Shown here: one piece after another, positions 9,616-18,341 of the stretch | How positions within the stretch are numbered: the stretch's first letter is position 1 | Layout: the number at the start of each line of letters is the position of its first letter | Assembly (NCBI GenBank): GCA_016182485.1 | Contig: JACPGH010000007.1 | Location: 27,656 to 91,655, forward strand | Reading direction: 5' to 3' | Length of the DNA stretch: 64,000 nucleotides | Source: Candidatus Kaiserbacteria bacterium | Lineage (GTDB): Bacteria > Patescibacteriota > Minisyncoccia > Phycocordibacterales > Phycocordibacteraceae | Program-made: the position numbers and the translations under genes | The notes under the pieces: generated by a model | What the model was told of the DNA's origin: nothing | What the model saw: only the letters and a program-made list of their open reading frames with translations | Databases searched by the model: none

Positions 9616-11793
9616 ATGCAGGACGACCTGGTAGAAAAATACTTCCCGCGCTTGCGGCGGGAGCAGTTGAGCGCGCTGCGCAAACTGAAAATTCGGACCG
9701 CGCGCGACCTCCTATATCACTTTCCCTCGCGTTATGAACGCTCGGGCCCTTCGGCCCAGATCGCGGGAGTATCGGCGGGAGCCGAAGTAACGCTCTATGG
9801 GATGGTGAGAAAACCGGATGTGCGCAAGACTTGGAAGAGCCGCCGGCCGATAGCCGAAGCGTGGCTTGAAGACGCCTCGGGAAAGATCAAAATGATGTGG
9901 TTCAACCAGCCCTATATCGCGAAGACCTTGCATGACGGGATGGTGGTGAAAGCGCGCGGCCGCGTTTCGGGCGCGGGTTCGAAAGTTTATCTTGCGAATC
10001 CCGAGATCGATCGAACGCCTGTAAATCCGGAAGAGATGCATGACTCTCTCTTTCAACAAGGTCGAACCTTGGAACAAGGTTCGACCTTGGATACCGAGTT
10101 ATATCCTATTTATCCGGAGAGCCAGGGGGTGTCCTCTCTCTGGTTCTTCCACGCGGTGAAGAAGCTTTTCGAGACGCGCGTGCATGAGGGGCTTTCCGAT
10201 CCTATCCCTTCCGACATCCGGGAACGGTACAATCTGCCTGCGCTAACCCCGGCGCTTCTTCTCATGCACGCCCCGCGGCGGCCTGCGGACGCCGCGGCGG
10301 CCCGGAAGCGCTTCGCCTTCGAAGAGATCTTCGCGCTTCAGATCGTGATGCAGAAGCGCCGGCGCGCGCTCCAGTCGGAGCGCGCCCTGCCGGTGGCTGT
10401 GAACCGAGCGGCCCTGGAAGATTTCATCGCCTCGTTTCCCTTTCCGGCTACCGCTGCGCAGTTGAGGGCTATCAACGCAATACTCGCCGATTTCGAAAAG
10501 CCGCATCCGATGATGCGTTTGCTTGAAGGCGACGTGGGGAGCGGCAAGACCGCGGTCGCCGCGGCTACCGCTTATCTCGTCGCGACTTCCCTGCCCGTCG
10601 GTCGCATTGCCGGTGCGCTCCAGGTCGCCTACCTCTGCCCGACCGAGGTGCTCGCGAAGCAGCATTTCTCGACGTTCGTCTCCTATTTCCGCGACCATCC
10701 GATACCTATCGGACTCATTACCGGCAGCGAATGCCGGAAGTTTCCCTCCCGCGTGCGGTATGAAGAATCGGCCAAACTGTCGAAGCCCGCGTTCAAAAAG
10801 ATGGTGGCGGGCGGCGAGATCCCTATCGTCATCGGGACGCACGCGCTCATCGAGCAGTCGCTCTCGTTTAAATATTTCGCCTACGCGATTATCGATGAAC
10901 AGCACCGCTTCGGAACTGGCCACCGGCAAAAAATGGTTTCCAAACACGACATTCAGCCGCACTTGCTCTCGATGACGGCAACGCCTATTCCGCGCACGCT
11001 CGCGCTCACGCTCTACGGCGATCTCGACCTCTCGCTTCTTGACGAGATGCCGGCCGGGAGAAAAAAGGTAATTACGGAAGTCCTCGCGCCGAAAGAGCGC
11101 GAGCGCGCCTATGTCTGCGTACGCGCTGAGCTTGCGAAGCATCACCAGGTTTATGTAATCTGTCCGCGAATCGATGAGCCGGACCCGGCCAAAGAACTCG
11201 CGCTCCAGGCCAAGTCGGTGAAGGCCGAAGCGGCCCGCCTAAAGAAATCCGTGTTCCCTGAAGCGGTGATAGGCATCCTGCACAGTAAGATGACTCCGGC
11301 GGACAAGGAGCAGGCGATGGAGGAATTCAAGAAGGGAGAAATGCAGATCTTAGTGGCCACCTCGGTGGTCGAAGTGGGCGTCAACGTACCGAACGCGACC
11401 GTCATTCTCATCGAAGGGGCCGAACGCTTCGGGCTGGCCCAGCTCCACCAGCTGCGCGGACGCGTCATCCGCTCGACACACCAATCCTACTGCTTCGTCC
11501 TTCCGGAAACGACTGGACCTTCGACCCAAGAGCGGCTGCGGGCATTTAAGAACGCGCAGAACGGGTTCGAGCTCGCCGAGTACGACCTCACGCTCCGCGG
11601 CGCGGGCGAGCTCGCCGGCGGCAGGCAGTGGGGCGTCTCAGACATCGCCATGGACGCGCTCAAGAATCTCAAGCTCGTCGAAGCCGCCCGCGCCGAGGCG
11701 GCAAGCCTCATCGAGCGCGATCCGGAACTCGCGCGCCACCCGGAACTGGCGCGGCGCGCCTCCCTCGCCGGCACGGCGCTCCACCTCGAGTAG
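9616..11793 (+). CDS. recG: ATP-dependent DNA helicase RecG
   Basis: GDVGSGKT, DEQHRFG, MTATPIPRTL, QLHQLRGRV. Confidence 0.96.
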   Translation: MQDDLVEKYFPRLRREQLSALRKLKIRTARDLLYHFPSRYERSGPSAQIAGVSAGAEVTLYGMVRKPDVRKTWKSRRPIAEAWLEDASGKIKMMWFNQPYIAKTLHDGMVVKARGRVSGAGSKVYLANPEIDRTPVNPEEMHDSLFQQGRTLEQGSTLDTELYPIYPESQGVSSLWFFHAVKKLFETRVHEGLSDPIPSDIRERYNLPALTPALLLMHAPRRPADAAAARKRFAFEEIFALQIVMQKRRRALQSERALPVAVNRAALEDFIASFPFPATAAQLRAINAILADFEKPHPMMRLLEGDVGSGKTAVAAATAYLVATSLPVGRIAGALQVAYLCPTEVLAKQHFSTFVSYFRDHPIPIGLITGSECRKFPSRVRYEESAKLSKPAFKKMVAGGEIPIVIGTHALIEQSLSFKYFAYAIIDEQHRFGTGHRQKMVSKHDIQPHLLSMTATPIPRTLALTLYGDLDLSLLDEMPAGRKKVITEVLAPKERERAYVCVRAELAKHHQVYVICPRIDEPDPAKELALQAKSVKAEAARLKKSVFPEAVIGILHSKMTPADKEQAMEEFKKGEMQILVATSVVEVGVNVPNATVILIEGAERFGLAQLHQLRGRVIRSTHQSYCFVLPETTGPSTQERLRAFKNAQNGFELAEYDLTLRGAGELAGGRQWGVSDIAMDALKNLKLVEAARAEAASLIERDPELARHPELARRASLAGTALHLE

Positions 11794-11889
11794 CAAATTT
11801 TCAATGCTCAATTTCGCAATTTTTAATCAATTTTCAAACATTGATACATTGGGCATTATTTGAAAATTGGAAATTGTAAATTGAAAATT
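11794..11889. repeat. Heptad-repeat inverted-arm element, family A, empty copy 1
   Basis: Left arm of CAATTTT-like 7-mers, core TCAAACATTGATACATT, right arm of AAAATTG-like 7-mers. Confidence 0.85.
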
Positions 11890-11905
11890 ATGTTAGACTA
11901 AAATG

Positions 11906-12889
11906 ATGGATTTCCTCGCTATCGGCGACACGACCGTAGACGAATTTATCCGGCTCAAAGAAGCGAAGATCTCTTGCGACGAGAACAGGGATCATTGCAC
12001 TATTACGTTCCCGTGGGGCGAGAAAATTCCCTACGAGTCTTCGGTGCTCCTCCCCGCCGTCGGCAATGCGGCGAATGCGGCCGTAGCGGCGGCGCGCCTC
12101 GGACTCTCTGCGGGCCTCGTGAGCAATGTAGGTAATGACCGTTTCGGCGAAGAGACGCTCGCGGTTTTCCAGCGGGAAGGCGTCGATGTCTCCCATACGC
12201 GCGTCAACGACGGCATCCCTACGAATCACCACTACGTCCTATATTACGATTCCGAGCGGACCATCCTTATCCGGCACGAGGCGTATCCGTACGCTCTGCC
12301 GGAGAATATGACCGCCCCGAAATGGATATACCTCTCCTCGCTCGGCGAAGGCGCGCATGCCTTCCATGACGAACTCGCTGCGTGGCTCGCGGACCACCCG
12401 GAAACCAAGCTCGCTTTCCAGCCGGGCACGTTCCAGATACAGATTGGGCGGGAACGATTGAGAAATTTATATGCGCAAGCGGCAGTCTTCGCGAGTAACA
12501 AGCAGGAGGCGGAAAACATCCTCGGGGTTGGGGACACCGACGTCAGGAGTCTCCTTGAGCAAATGCGGGCGCTGGGGCCGAAAATTGTTCTTATCACAAA
12601 TGGCGTCGCCGGCGCCTACGGCTTCGATGGCGAGAAAATGCTCAAAGTCCCGATGTACCCGGACCCCAAGCCGCCTTATGAGCGCACCGGCGCCGGCGAC
12701 GCCGCCACCGCAACCTTCGTAGCCGCGCTCGCGCTCGGCAAACCTCTGGAAGAAGCGCTTCGCTGGGGACCGATCAACTCGATGTCGGTCGTCCAATTCC
12801 TCGGCGCGCAAGAAGGCCTGCTCTCTCGCGACGCGCTCGAGAAACTGCTCGCCGACGCGCCCGAATCGTACGCAGTAACCACGCTCTAA
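11906..12889 (+). CDS. PfkB family carbohydrate kinase
   Basis: GNAANAAVAAARLG, ERTGAGDA; start at 11903 or 11906. Confidence 0.9.
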   Translation: MDFLAIGDTTVDEFIRLKEAKISCDENRDHCTITFPWGEKIPYESSVLLPAVGNAANAAVAAARLGLSAGLVSNVGNDRFGEETLAVFQREGVDVSHTRVNDGIPTNHHYVLYYDSERTILIRHEAYPYALPENMTAPKWIYLSSLGEGAHAFHDELAAWLADHPETKLAFQPGTFQIQIGRERLRNLYAQAAVFASNKQEAENILGVGDTDVRSLLEQMRALGPKIVLITNGVAGAYGFDGEKMLKVPMYPDPKPPYERTGAGDAATATFVAALALGKPLEEALRWGPINSMSVVQFLGAQEGLLSRDALEKLLADAPESYAVTTL

Positions 12890-13004
12890 TTTTCAATTAC
12901 CAATTTTCAATTTACATTGAATTTTCAAAGCTTCAATTTTCAAACATTAATACATTGGAAATTGGAACATTATTTGAAAATTGTAAATTGCAAAATTGAA
13001 AATT
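12888..13004. repeat. Family A heptad element, empty copy 2
   Basis: Same arms, core TCAAACATTAATACATT. Confidence 0.85.
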
Positions 13005-13155
13005 ATTTGGGCTGTTCGAGCCCGTACATCACCCGATTCCCGAAGGTTTCCGCGAGCGTAACATCTGTCGCCACGCGCACGATGAGCAGGGCCGCGCCGC
13101 CGCCAATGATCGTAATGAGCAATGCTCCGATATAAGAATTCACGCAGGCCCTCAT
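13003..13155 (-). CDS. Small membrane protein (~50 aa), not in the ORF track
   Basis: MRACVNSYIGALLITIIGGGAALLIVRVA...QPK*; ATG overlaps the transketolase stop (ATGA); one TM helix. Confidence 0.55.
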   Translation of the reverse strand: MRACVNSYIGALLITIIGGGAALLIVRVATDVTLAETFGNRVMYGLEQPK

Positions 13156-14165
13156 GCTGCCAATACTATATCGCGTACGAGCGCTTTTGCCGCCTCGATA
13201 ATGTGGGTAACATCAAGCCCGTAGCGCGCCAACAGTTCCTGGGGCGTACCCGATTGGCCGAATTGATCTTGTATCCCGAGCCGTTTGATGGACACGACGT
13301 GTCCATCAGACAAGAATTCCGCGACGGCGCTCCCGAAGCCTCCGGCCGTTTGGTGTTCTTCTAGAGTAAGTACGCGGCCCGCGCTTTCCGCCGCTTCGAG
13401 TATCGCCCCGGTATCGAGGGGCTTCACGGTCGGCACATGGAGTACGACCGAATCGATTCCCTGTTCTTCGAGAGCGCGCGCGGCTTCGAGCGCGGCGTAG
13501 CTCAAGGAACCGGTCGAGAATATGGCGATTTCTGGTTTCTGGTTTCTGGTTTCTGGTTCCCAGAGTATAAGCGCCTTCCCGATCTCAAATGGCGTTTCGC
13601 GAGTGGTGAACACCGGAGTCGCCGCGCGTCCGAAACGTAAATATACAGGCTCTCCCAGGGCAGCCGCCGCAATGACTGCCTTGCGCGCCTCCTCGGCGTC
13701 CGCCGGAGCGATGACCGTCATCCCCGGCAGCATCCGCATCATGCCTATGTCCTCGAGCATCTGGTGCGTGGCGCCGTCGGCGCCGACCGATACGCCCGCA
13801 TGCATCCCGCACACGATGACCGGCATATTGTTGAGAGCAATCGTGGTGCGTATCTGCTCATAATTGCGCCCGGGATTAAACGCGGCATAGCTTGCGATGA
13901 AAGGAATTTTTCCCGCCGCCGCCATGCCCGCCGCCACAGTGGCCATATTCTGTTCCGCGACGCCCATCTCGATGAACCGGTCCGGGAAGGCTTTTTGAAA
14001 TTGTTCGGCGCGGGTGGATTCGGCCAAATCGGCGCAAAGCACTACGACGCGCGCATCCTTTTCTCCCGCCTCCACGCTTCCCGTTCCGAACCCGTCGCGC
14101 GTCGGCGCCGTCTCGATATCGTTCGAAAAAATTTTCTGCGAAAGCTTTGCGGAAAGATCCAACAT
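13152..14165 (-). CDS. Transketolase, C-terminal subunit
   Basis: EMGVAEQNM, GADGATHQ, TVKPLD, EEHQ..GG.GS. Confidence 0.93.
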   Translation of the reverse strand: MLDLSAKLSQKIFSNDIETAPTRDGFGTGSVEAGEKDARVVVLCADLAESTRAEQFQKAFPDRFIEMGVAEQNMATVAAGMAAAGKIPFIASYAAFNPGRNYEQIRTTIALNNMPVIVCGMHAGVSVGADGATHQMLEDIGMMRMLPGMTVIAPADAEEARKAVIAAAALGEPVYLRFGRAATPVFTTRETPFEIGKALILWEPETRNQKPEIAIFSTGSLSYAALEAARALEEQGIDSVVLHVPTVKPLDTGAILEAAESAGRVLTLEEHQTAGGFGSAVAEFLSDGHVVSIKRLGIQDQFGQSGTPQELLARYGLDVTHIIEAAKALVRDIVLAA

Positions 14166-14292
14166 AATTTTCGATTTACAATTTACAATTTACAAATAAG
14201 GACCAATTTCCAATTTTCAAACAAAGATTCCCGTTTGAGCATTGCACATTGAAAATTTCATTGGAAATTGCAAAATTGAAAATTGAAAATTC
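14166..14292. repeat. Family A heptad element, empty copy 3
   Basis: Contains CAAATAAGGACCAATTT, the exact reverse complement of the arm upstream of the four-helix-bundle gene. Confidence 0.85.
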
Positions 14293-14294
14293 TT

Positions 14295-15209
14295 TCATGT
14301 TCTCTGTATTTGAGCTAAGAACCGCTCCCCTTCCTCCGCCGAAGGCGGCTTCCCATGCCACCTATAATCCCCTTCGATTTCCGGCACGCCCTTGCCGGCG
14401 GTCGTATGCGCGATGATTAGCGTCGGAGCGTCCGATACTGCCTTCGCTTCTTCAACCGCCCCGACAAATGCGTCCAAATCGTGCCCATCCACTTCGAGCA
14501 CGCGCCAGTTAAACGCGCGGTACTTCTCGGCGAGCGGTTCGAGCGGCATGACCTCCTCGGTATTGCCGTCGATTTGAATGTTGTTGCGATCCATGATCGC
14601 CGTGAGCCCGGCGAGACGGTGCTTCCCCGCGAACATGGCCGCCTCCCAAGTATTCCCCTCGTCCTGCTCGCCGTCGCTCATCACGCAGTAAATTCTAGGC
14701 GCTAGGCTATAGGCGCTAGGCTCTAGCTCTGATCCGTTTTTAAAATTGGAAATTGAAAATTGTCCGCCGGAGGCGGATCCGCCTTTGGCGGAAAAATTTT
14801 TAAGAGCCCACGCCATTCCCGCCGCCTGCGAGAGGCCCTCGCCAAGAGGCCCTGAGGTGGTTTCGAGACCTGTCAGCCGCGTTCTCTCGGGATGCCCTTG
14901 GAGCCGCGAGCCGAATTTCCGCAATGTGAGACATTCTTCGACCGGGAAATAGCCGGCATGAGCCAGAGTCGCGTACAAGACTGGGCAGATATGCCCGTTG
15001 CTGAGTACGAGCCTATCTCGTTCTTCCCAATCCGGCCGCGCAGGGTCGTGTTTCAAGATATGAAAATAAAAGGCGGCGAAGATGTCCGCCATGTCGAGCG
15101 GCCCCGCCGTGTGGCCGCTGCCCGCGGCGACAAGCATCCGGATCACAGTCTCGCGAATGGCCCGAGCCTTTCCCTCAAGCAGCCGAATCTCCTCATCAGT
15201 CAAAGCCAT
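14295..15209 (-). CDS. Transketolase, N-terminal subunit, with an in-frame repeat-derived insertion
   Basis: GSGH, DRLVLSNGH, LQGHP, SDGEQDEG..WEA. Confidence 0.93.
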   Translation of the reverse strand: MALTDEEIRLLEGKARAIRETVIRMLVAAGSGHTAGPLDMADIFAAFYFHILKHDPARPDWEERDRLVLSNGHICPVLYATLAHAGYFPVEECLTLRKFGSRLQGHPERTRLTGLETTSGPLGEGLSQAAGMAWALKNFSAKGGSASGGQFSISNFKNGSELEPSAYSLAPRIYCVMSDGEQDEGNTWEAAMFAGKHRLAGLTAIMDRNNIQIDGNTEEVMPLEPLAEKYRAFNWRVLEVDGHDLDAFVGAVEEAKAVSDAPTLIIAHTTAGKGVPEIEGDYRWHGKPPSAEEGERFLAQIQRT

Positions 15210-15238
15210 GCTCTAAGTATACAGCATGAAACTACCCT

Positions 15239-15365
15239 AATTTTTCAATTTACAATTTCCAATTTTCAAATAATTACCAATCTCCAATTTTCAAACAAAA
15301 TCCTTGTTTGGACATTGAATCATTGAAAATTGATTGAAAATTGCAAAACTAAACATTGAAAATTC
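15239..15365. repeat. Family A heptad element, empty copy 4
   Basis: CAATTTT arm / AAAATTG arm around a short loop. Confidence 0.85.
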
Positions 15366-16109
15366 TTAAACCCCGTAGGGATATTGGGCGATATACAACG
15401 CCTCGAACTCGGCGATGGCCTTTGCCGGATCTGCGGCTCGCAATATGCTCGAACCGACCACGAGATTCGAGACTCCGGCGGCAATAAGCCGCTTGGCATT
15501 ATGCAGGGAAACGCCGCCGTCAACCTGGATCGGGAGCCGCGGATATTTCTCGCGCAGGACGCGGATTTTCTCGAATACGCGCTCGTCGAAGGGCTGTCCT
15601 TGGCGGCCGATCCGCGCGATACCCATGCACTGCACGTACTGAACACAGCGGATACAGGGCTTGTCCTTCGTAGCTTCAGCGAAGAAGGGCTCGATGAGCG
15701 CAAGACTGCTCGCGAGATTAATTGCGAGACCGATCGAGAAGCCGCCGGCCTCTCCGAACCGTTCGGAGAGCGAGCCGAGAAGGCGCGGCAGGTCTATGGG
15801 GCTCTCGGCATGTATCGTGAGGCGGCTGGCGCCGAGAGCGAGCCATGCCGCCGCAGCCGCCTCCGCATCGATACACATGATATCGACTTCATACTCGACC
15901 GCGCCGAGCCGCGGCAACATGCCTTCCCAATTTTCAATTTCCAATTTCCAATTTTCAATGCTATACGGCCAGGAGGCAGGCGAGGCGAACTGCCCGTCTA
16001 CGACGTCGATCTGGATACGGTCAATCGAGGGAAGACTCGTGAGGAGTGCGAGTTTTTCTGCCAGCTCTTTTTTGGATGCGGGCAAAACGGCTGGAACGAC
16101 AAATGACAT
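15366..16109 (-). CDS. rpe: Ribulose-phosphate 3-epimerase
   Basis: IQIDVVDGQF, IGRQGQPF, IQVDGGV, VVGS; start moved to ATG 16109 because the upstream extension is repeat sequence. Confidence 0.85.
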   Translation of the reverse strand: MSFVVPAVLPASKKELAEKLALLTSLPSIDRIQIDVVDGQFASPASWPYSIENWKLEIENWEGMLPRLGAVEYEVDIMCIDAEAAAAAWLALGASRLTIHAESPIDLPRLLGSLSERFGEAGGFSIGLAINLASSLALIEPFFAEATKDKPCIRCVQYVQCMGIARIGRQGQPFDERVFEKIRVLREKYPRLPIQVDGGVSLHNAKRLIAAGVSNLVVGSSILRAADPAKAIAEFEALYIAQYPYGV

Positions 16110-16115
16110 AGCAAG

Positions 16116-16209
16116 AAAATTTTCAATTTTCAATTTTGCAATTTTCAAACGTTTGAAAATTAATACATTGAAAATTATTTGTAAATTGAAAATTGTAAAT
16201 TGTAAATTT
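16116..16209. repeat. Family A heptad element, empty copy 5
   Basis: Same arms, core TCAAACG...TAATACATT. Confidence 0.85.
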
Positions 16210-16216
16210 GGTCATT

Positions 16217-16699
16217 CTAGAATTTCGCCAGCCTTCGCGCGTGGCGCGGCGAATCAGAGAACGGCGTGTTCAGGAAAATGCGGACCGCTTCGTCGGCTTC
16301 GCTCCCCGAAACGAACCGGGCGCCGATGCAGAGCACGTTCGCGTTATTGTGCCGGCGCGGGAGGCGCACGGCGTCATACCCGTCCTCCGAGCGGCCGCCT
16401 TCGATGTCGAGCGCTTCGGTCACCCGCATGGGGCCGTAGAAGACCGCGGCGCGGACGCCGGGCACTCGATTGGCGCACATCGCTTCGCCCTGCCCGCTGC
16501 CCCCGAGCGCGATGCCGCGCGCTTCGGGCTCGGCCGCCACGCGGCGGGCGAGCGCCCCGACGACGTCCGGATAATCGTCATCCGGCGCGAGCGAGTACGC
16601 GCCCAGGTCTTCGGCCTCGTGTCCGAGCGCCCGCACGTGCTCGAGGAGCGCGTTCTTCAGGTCAAACCCGGCGTGGTCAGAAGCAAAATAAATTTTCAT
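16217..16699 (-). CDS. rpiB: Ribose-5-phosphate isomerase B
   Basis: ASDHAGF.LK, DDYPD, GGSGQG, RRHNNANVL, RHARR. Confidence 0.92.
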   Translation of the reverse strand: MKIYFASDHAGFDLKNALLEHVRALGHEAEDLGAYSLAPDDDYPDVVGALARRVAAEPEARGIALGGSGQGEAMCANRVPGVRAAVFYGPMRVTEALDIEGGRSEDGYDAVRLPRRHNNANVLCIGARFVSGSEADEAVRIFLNTPFSDSPRHARRLAKF

Positions 16700-16802
16700 A
16701 ATTTTCAATTTTGCAATTTACAATTTTCAAATTATGTCCCAATTTCCAATGTATTAATGTTTGAAAATTTATTGTAAATTGCAAATTGATAATTGAGAAT
16801 TG
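16700..16802. repeat. Family A heptad element, empty copy 6 (core reversed relative to copies 1 and 2)
   Basis: CCAATGTATTAATGTTTGAAAA is the reverse complement of the copy-2 core. Confidence 0.85.
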
Positions 16803-17852
16803 TCACTTGGCCGTGCCGGCCGCTAGGACGTGCCGGACAAGTGACTCCGTATACCCCATCTCGTTGTCGTACCAAGCGAGCACCTTGACGAGATTGCCGT
16901 CCACGACCCGGGTCATGCCGAGGTCAGCGATCGAGGCGCACGGCTCTCCCACGATATCGCTTGAAACCAGCTCCTCATCGGTGGTCATGAAGAGGCCCTC
17001 CCAACGCGAGTCAGCCGCCGCCTTCCGCAAAATGTCATTGACTTCCTCGGCGGATGTCGGCCGCTTCGAAACGAAGGTGATATCCGCGATAGAGCCGGCT
17101 GCCACCGGCACGCGCAGGCTTATCCCGTCGAATTTCCCGGCGAGCGACGGGTACGCCTGCGTCACGGCGACGGCCGCGCCGGTCGAAGTCGGCACGATAT
17201 TAAGCGCGGCCGCCCTCCCTTCCTTCTTGTCTTTTCGCGAAGGCCCGTCGACGATAGACTGACTCGCTGTGTAAGCATGCGCCGTCGAGAGTATCGCCTT
17301 TTCGATACCAAGCGCCTCGTCGAGTATCGCTATGACCGGACTCGCGGCATTCGTCGTGCACGACGCATTCGAACTTATCTGACATGTCGAGAGCTTCTCC
17401 TCATTCACCCCCATCAGCACCGTGGCTCCTAGCGACTGGCTGCTAGTGGCTAGTGGTTGGTTTTTGACCGGTGCAGTGATGACAACACGCTTCGCTCCGG
17501 CCGCGAGATGCGCGCTCGCCTTCTCATAATCGGTGAACAATCCCGTAGACTCGACCGCTACATCGATACCGAGCTCCCCCCAAGGCAAATTCGCCGGCTC
17601 CTTTTCCGAGAAGAACTTCACTTCCTTCCCGTCAATCAGCAAAGCTGATTGCCCCGAGCTTGTCGAGGGGCTGATCCCGACCGAAAATGGCGCGCGCCCA
17701 TATACGGTGTCGTACTTCAATAAATAGGTTAGGTTTTCAAGCGAGCCGAGATCATTCACGGCGACCACTTCGATTCCGCGGCCCTGACTTCTCCTCGCAA
17801 ACGCGCGCCCTATTCGTCCGAATCCGTTAATGGCGACTCTAATGGGTTTCAT
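16803..17852 (-). CDS. gap: Glyceraldehyde-3-phosphate dehydrogenase, type I
   Basis: INGFGRIGR, SNASCTTN, WYDNEMGY; start at ATG 17852. Confidence 0.96.
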   Translation of the reverse strand: MKPIRVAINGFGRIGRAFARRSQGRGIEVVAVNDLGSLENLTYLLKYDTVYGRAPFSVGISPSTSSGQSALLIDGKEVKFFSEKEPANLPWGELGIDVAVESTGLFTDYEKASAHLAAGAKRVVITAPVKNQPLATSSQSLGATVLMGVNEEKLSTCQISSNASCTTNAASPVIAILDEALGIEKAILSTAHAYTASQSIVDGPSRKDKKEGRAAALNIVPTSTGAAVAVTQAYPSLAGKFDGISLRVPVAAGSIADITFVSKRPTSAEEVNDILRKAAADSRWEGLFMTTDEELVSSDIVGEPCASIADLGMTRVVDGNLVKVLAWYDNEMGYTESLVRHVLAAGTAK

Positions 17853-17880
17853 GATGATAGTGTAGCATGGCCAAAAATGA

Positions 17881-18341
17881 GAATTTTCAATTTTGCAATT
17901 TTCAATTTTCAATAAATTTTCAAGGCTCAATTTTCAAACGGATCGCGCCGAGGCAGCAATTTTTTGGAAAATTAATGTTAATTCTTGGCTCTCTTTCTGT
18001 AATCTCCCTAAAGCATCGTCTTCTATCGTCCCACAGGACACCAGCATCCTAAGCCAGTGCTTCGTTTCTTGTATCTCTTTTTTGCATATGTAAATCTTGT
18101 TGACGAAATCTCTTTTTGAGCTGGCGCCGTTCGCTTCCATATAATTGGCTCCTACGCTCGTACCAGAGCGTAAAAGTTGGTTAACAATTGGATCTGTTAT
18201 ATGACTACGATGGATTTTCTTACAAAGCGATATAATTTCTTCACCAAACCGAGCCGTTCTTTCTTCTAGATCGTATTTCTTCGTTTGATCCATTGAAAAT
18301 TGGTCCTTATTTGAAAATTGGAAATTGTAAATTGAAAAATT
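17881..18341. mobile_element. Putative gene-carrying family A element: heptad inverted arms enclosing a four-helix-bundle gene
   Basis: Arms at 17881-17939 and 18291-18341 are imperfect reverse complements and match the six empty copies; mobility is inferred. Confidence 0.55.
17934..18293 (-). CDS. Four helix bundle protein (23S rRNA IVP / Avd-like family)
   Basis: YDLEERT..F, QLLRSGTSVGANY.EA..ASSKRDF.NK...KKE..ET.HWL. Confidence 0.92.
   Translation of the reverse strand: MDQTKKYDLEERTARFGEEIISLCKKIHRSHITDPIVNQLLRSGTSVGANYMEANGASSKRDFVNKIYICKKEIQETKHWLRMLVSCGTIEDDALGRLQKESQELTLIFQKIAASARSV

Noticed and set aside
11860-17895. Heptad arms supplying -35 boxes (TTGAAA) to downstream genes
   Set aside because: Spacings to the -10 hexamers checked (pfkB, tkt-N, gap) were 14 or 20-21 nt, not about 17
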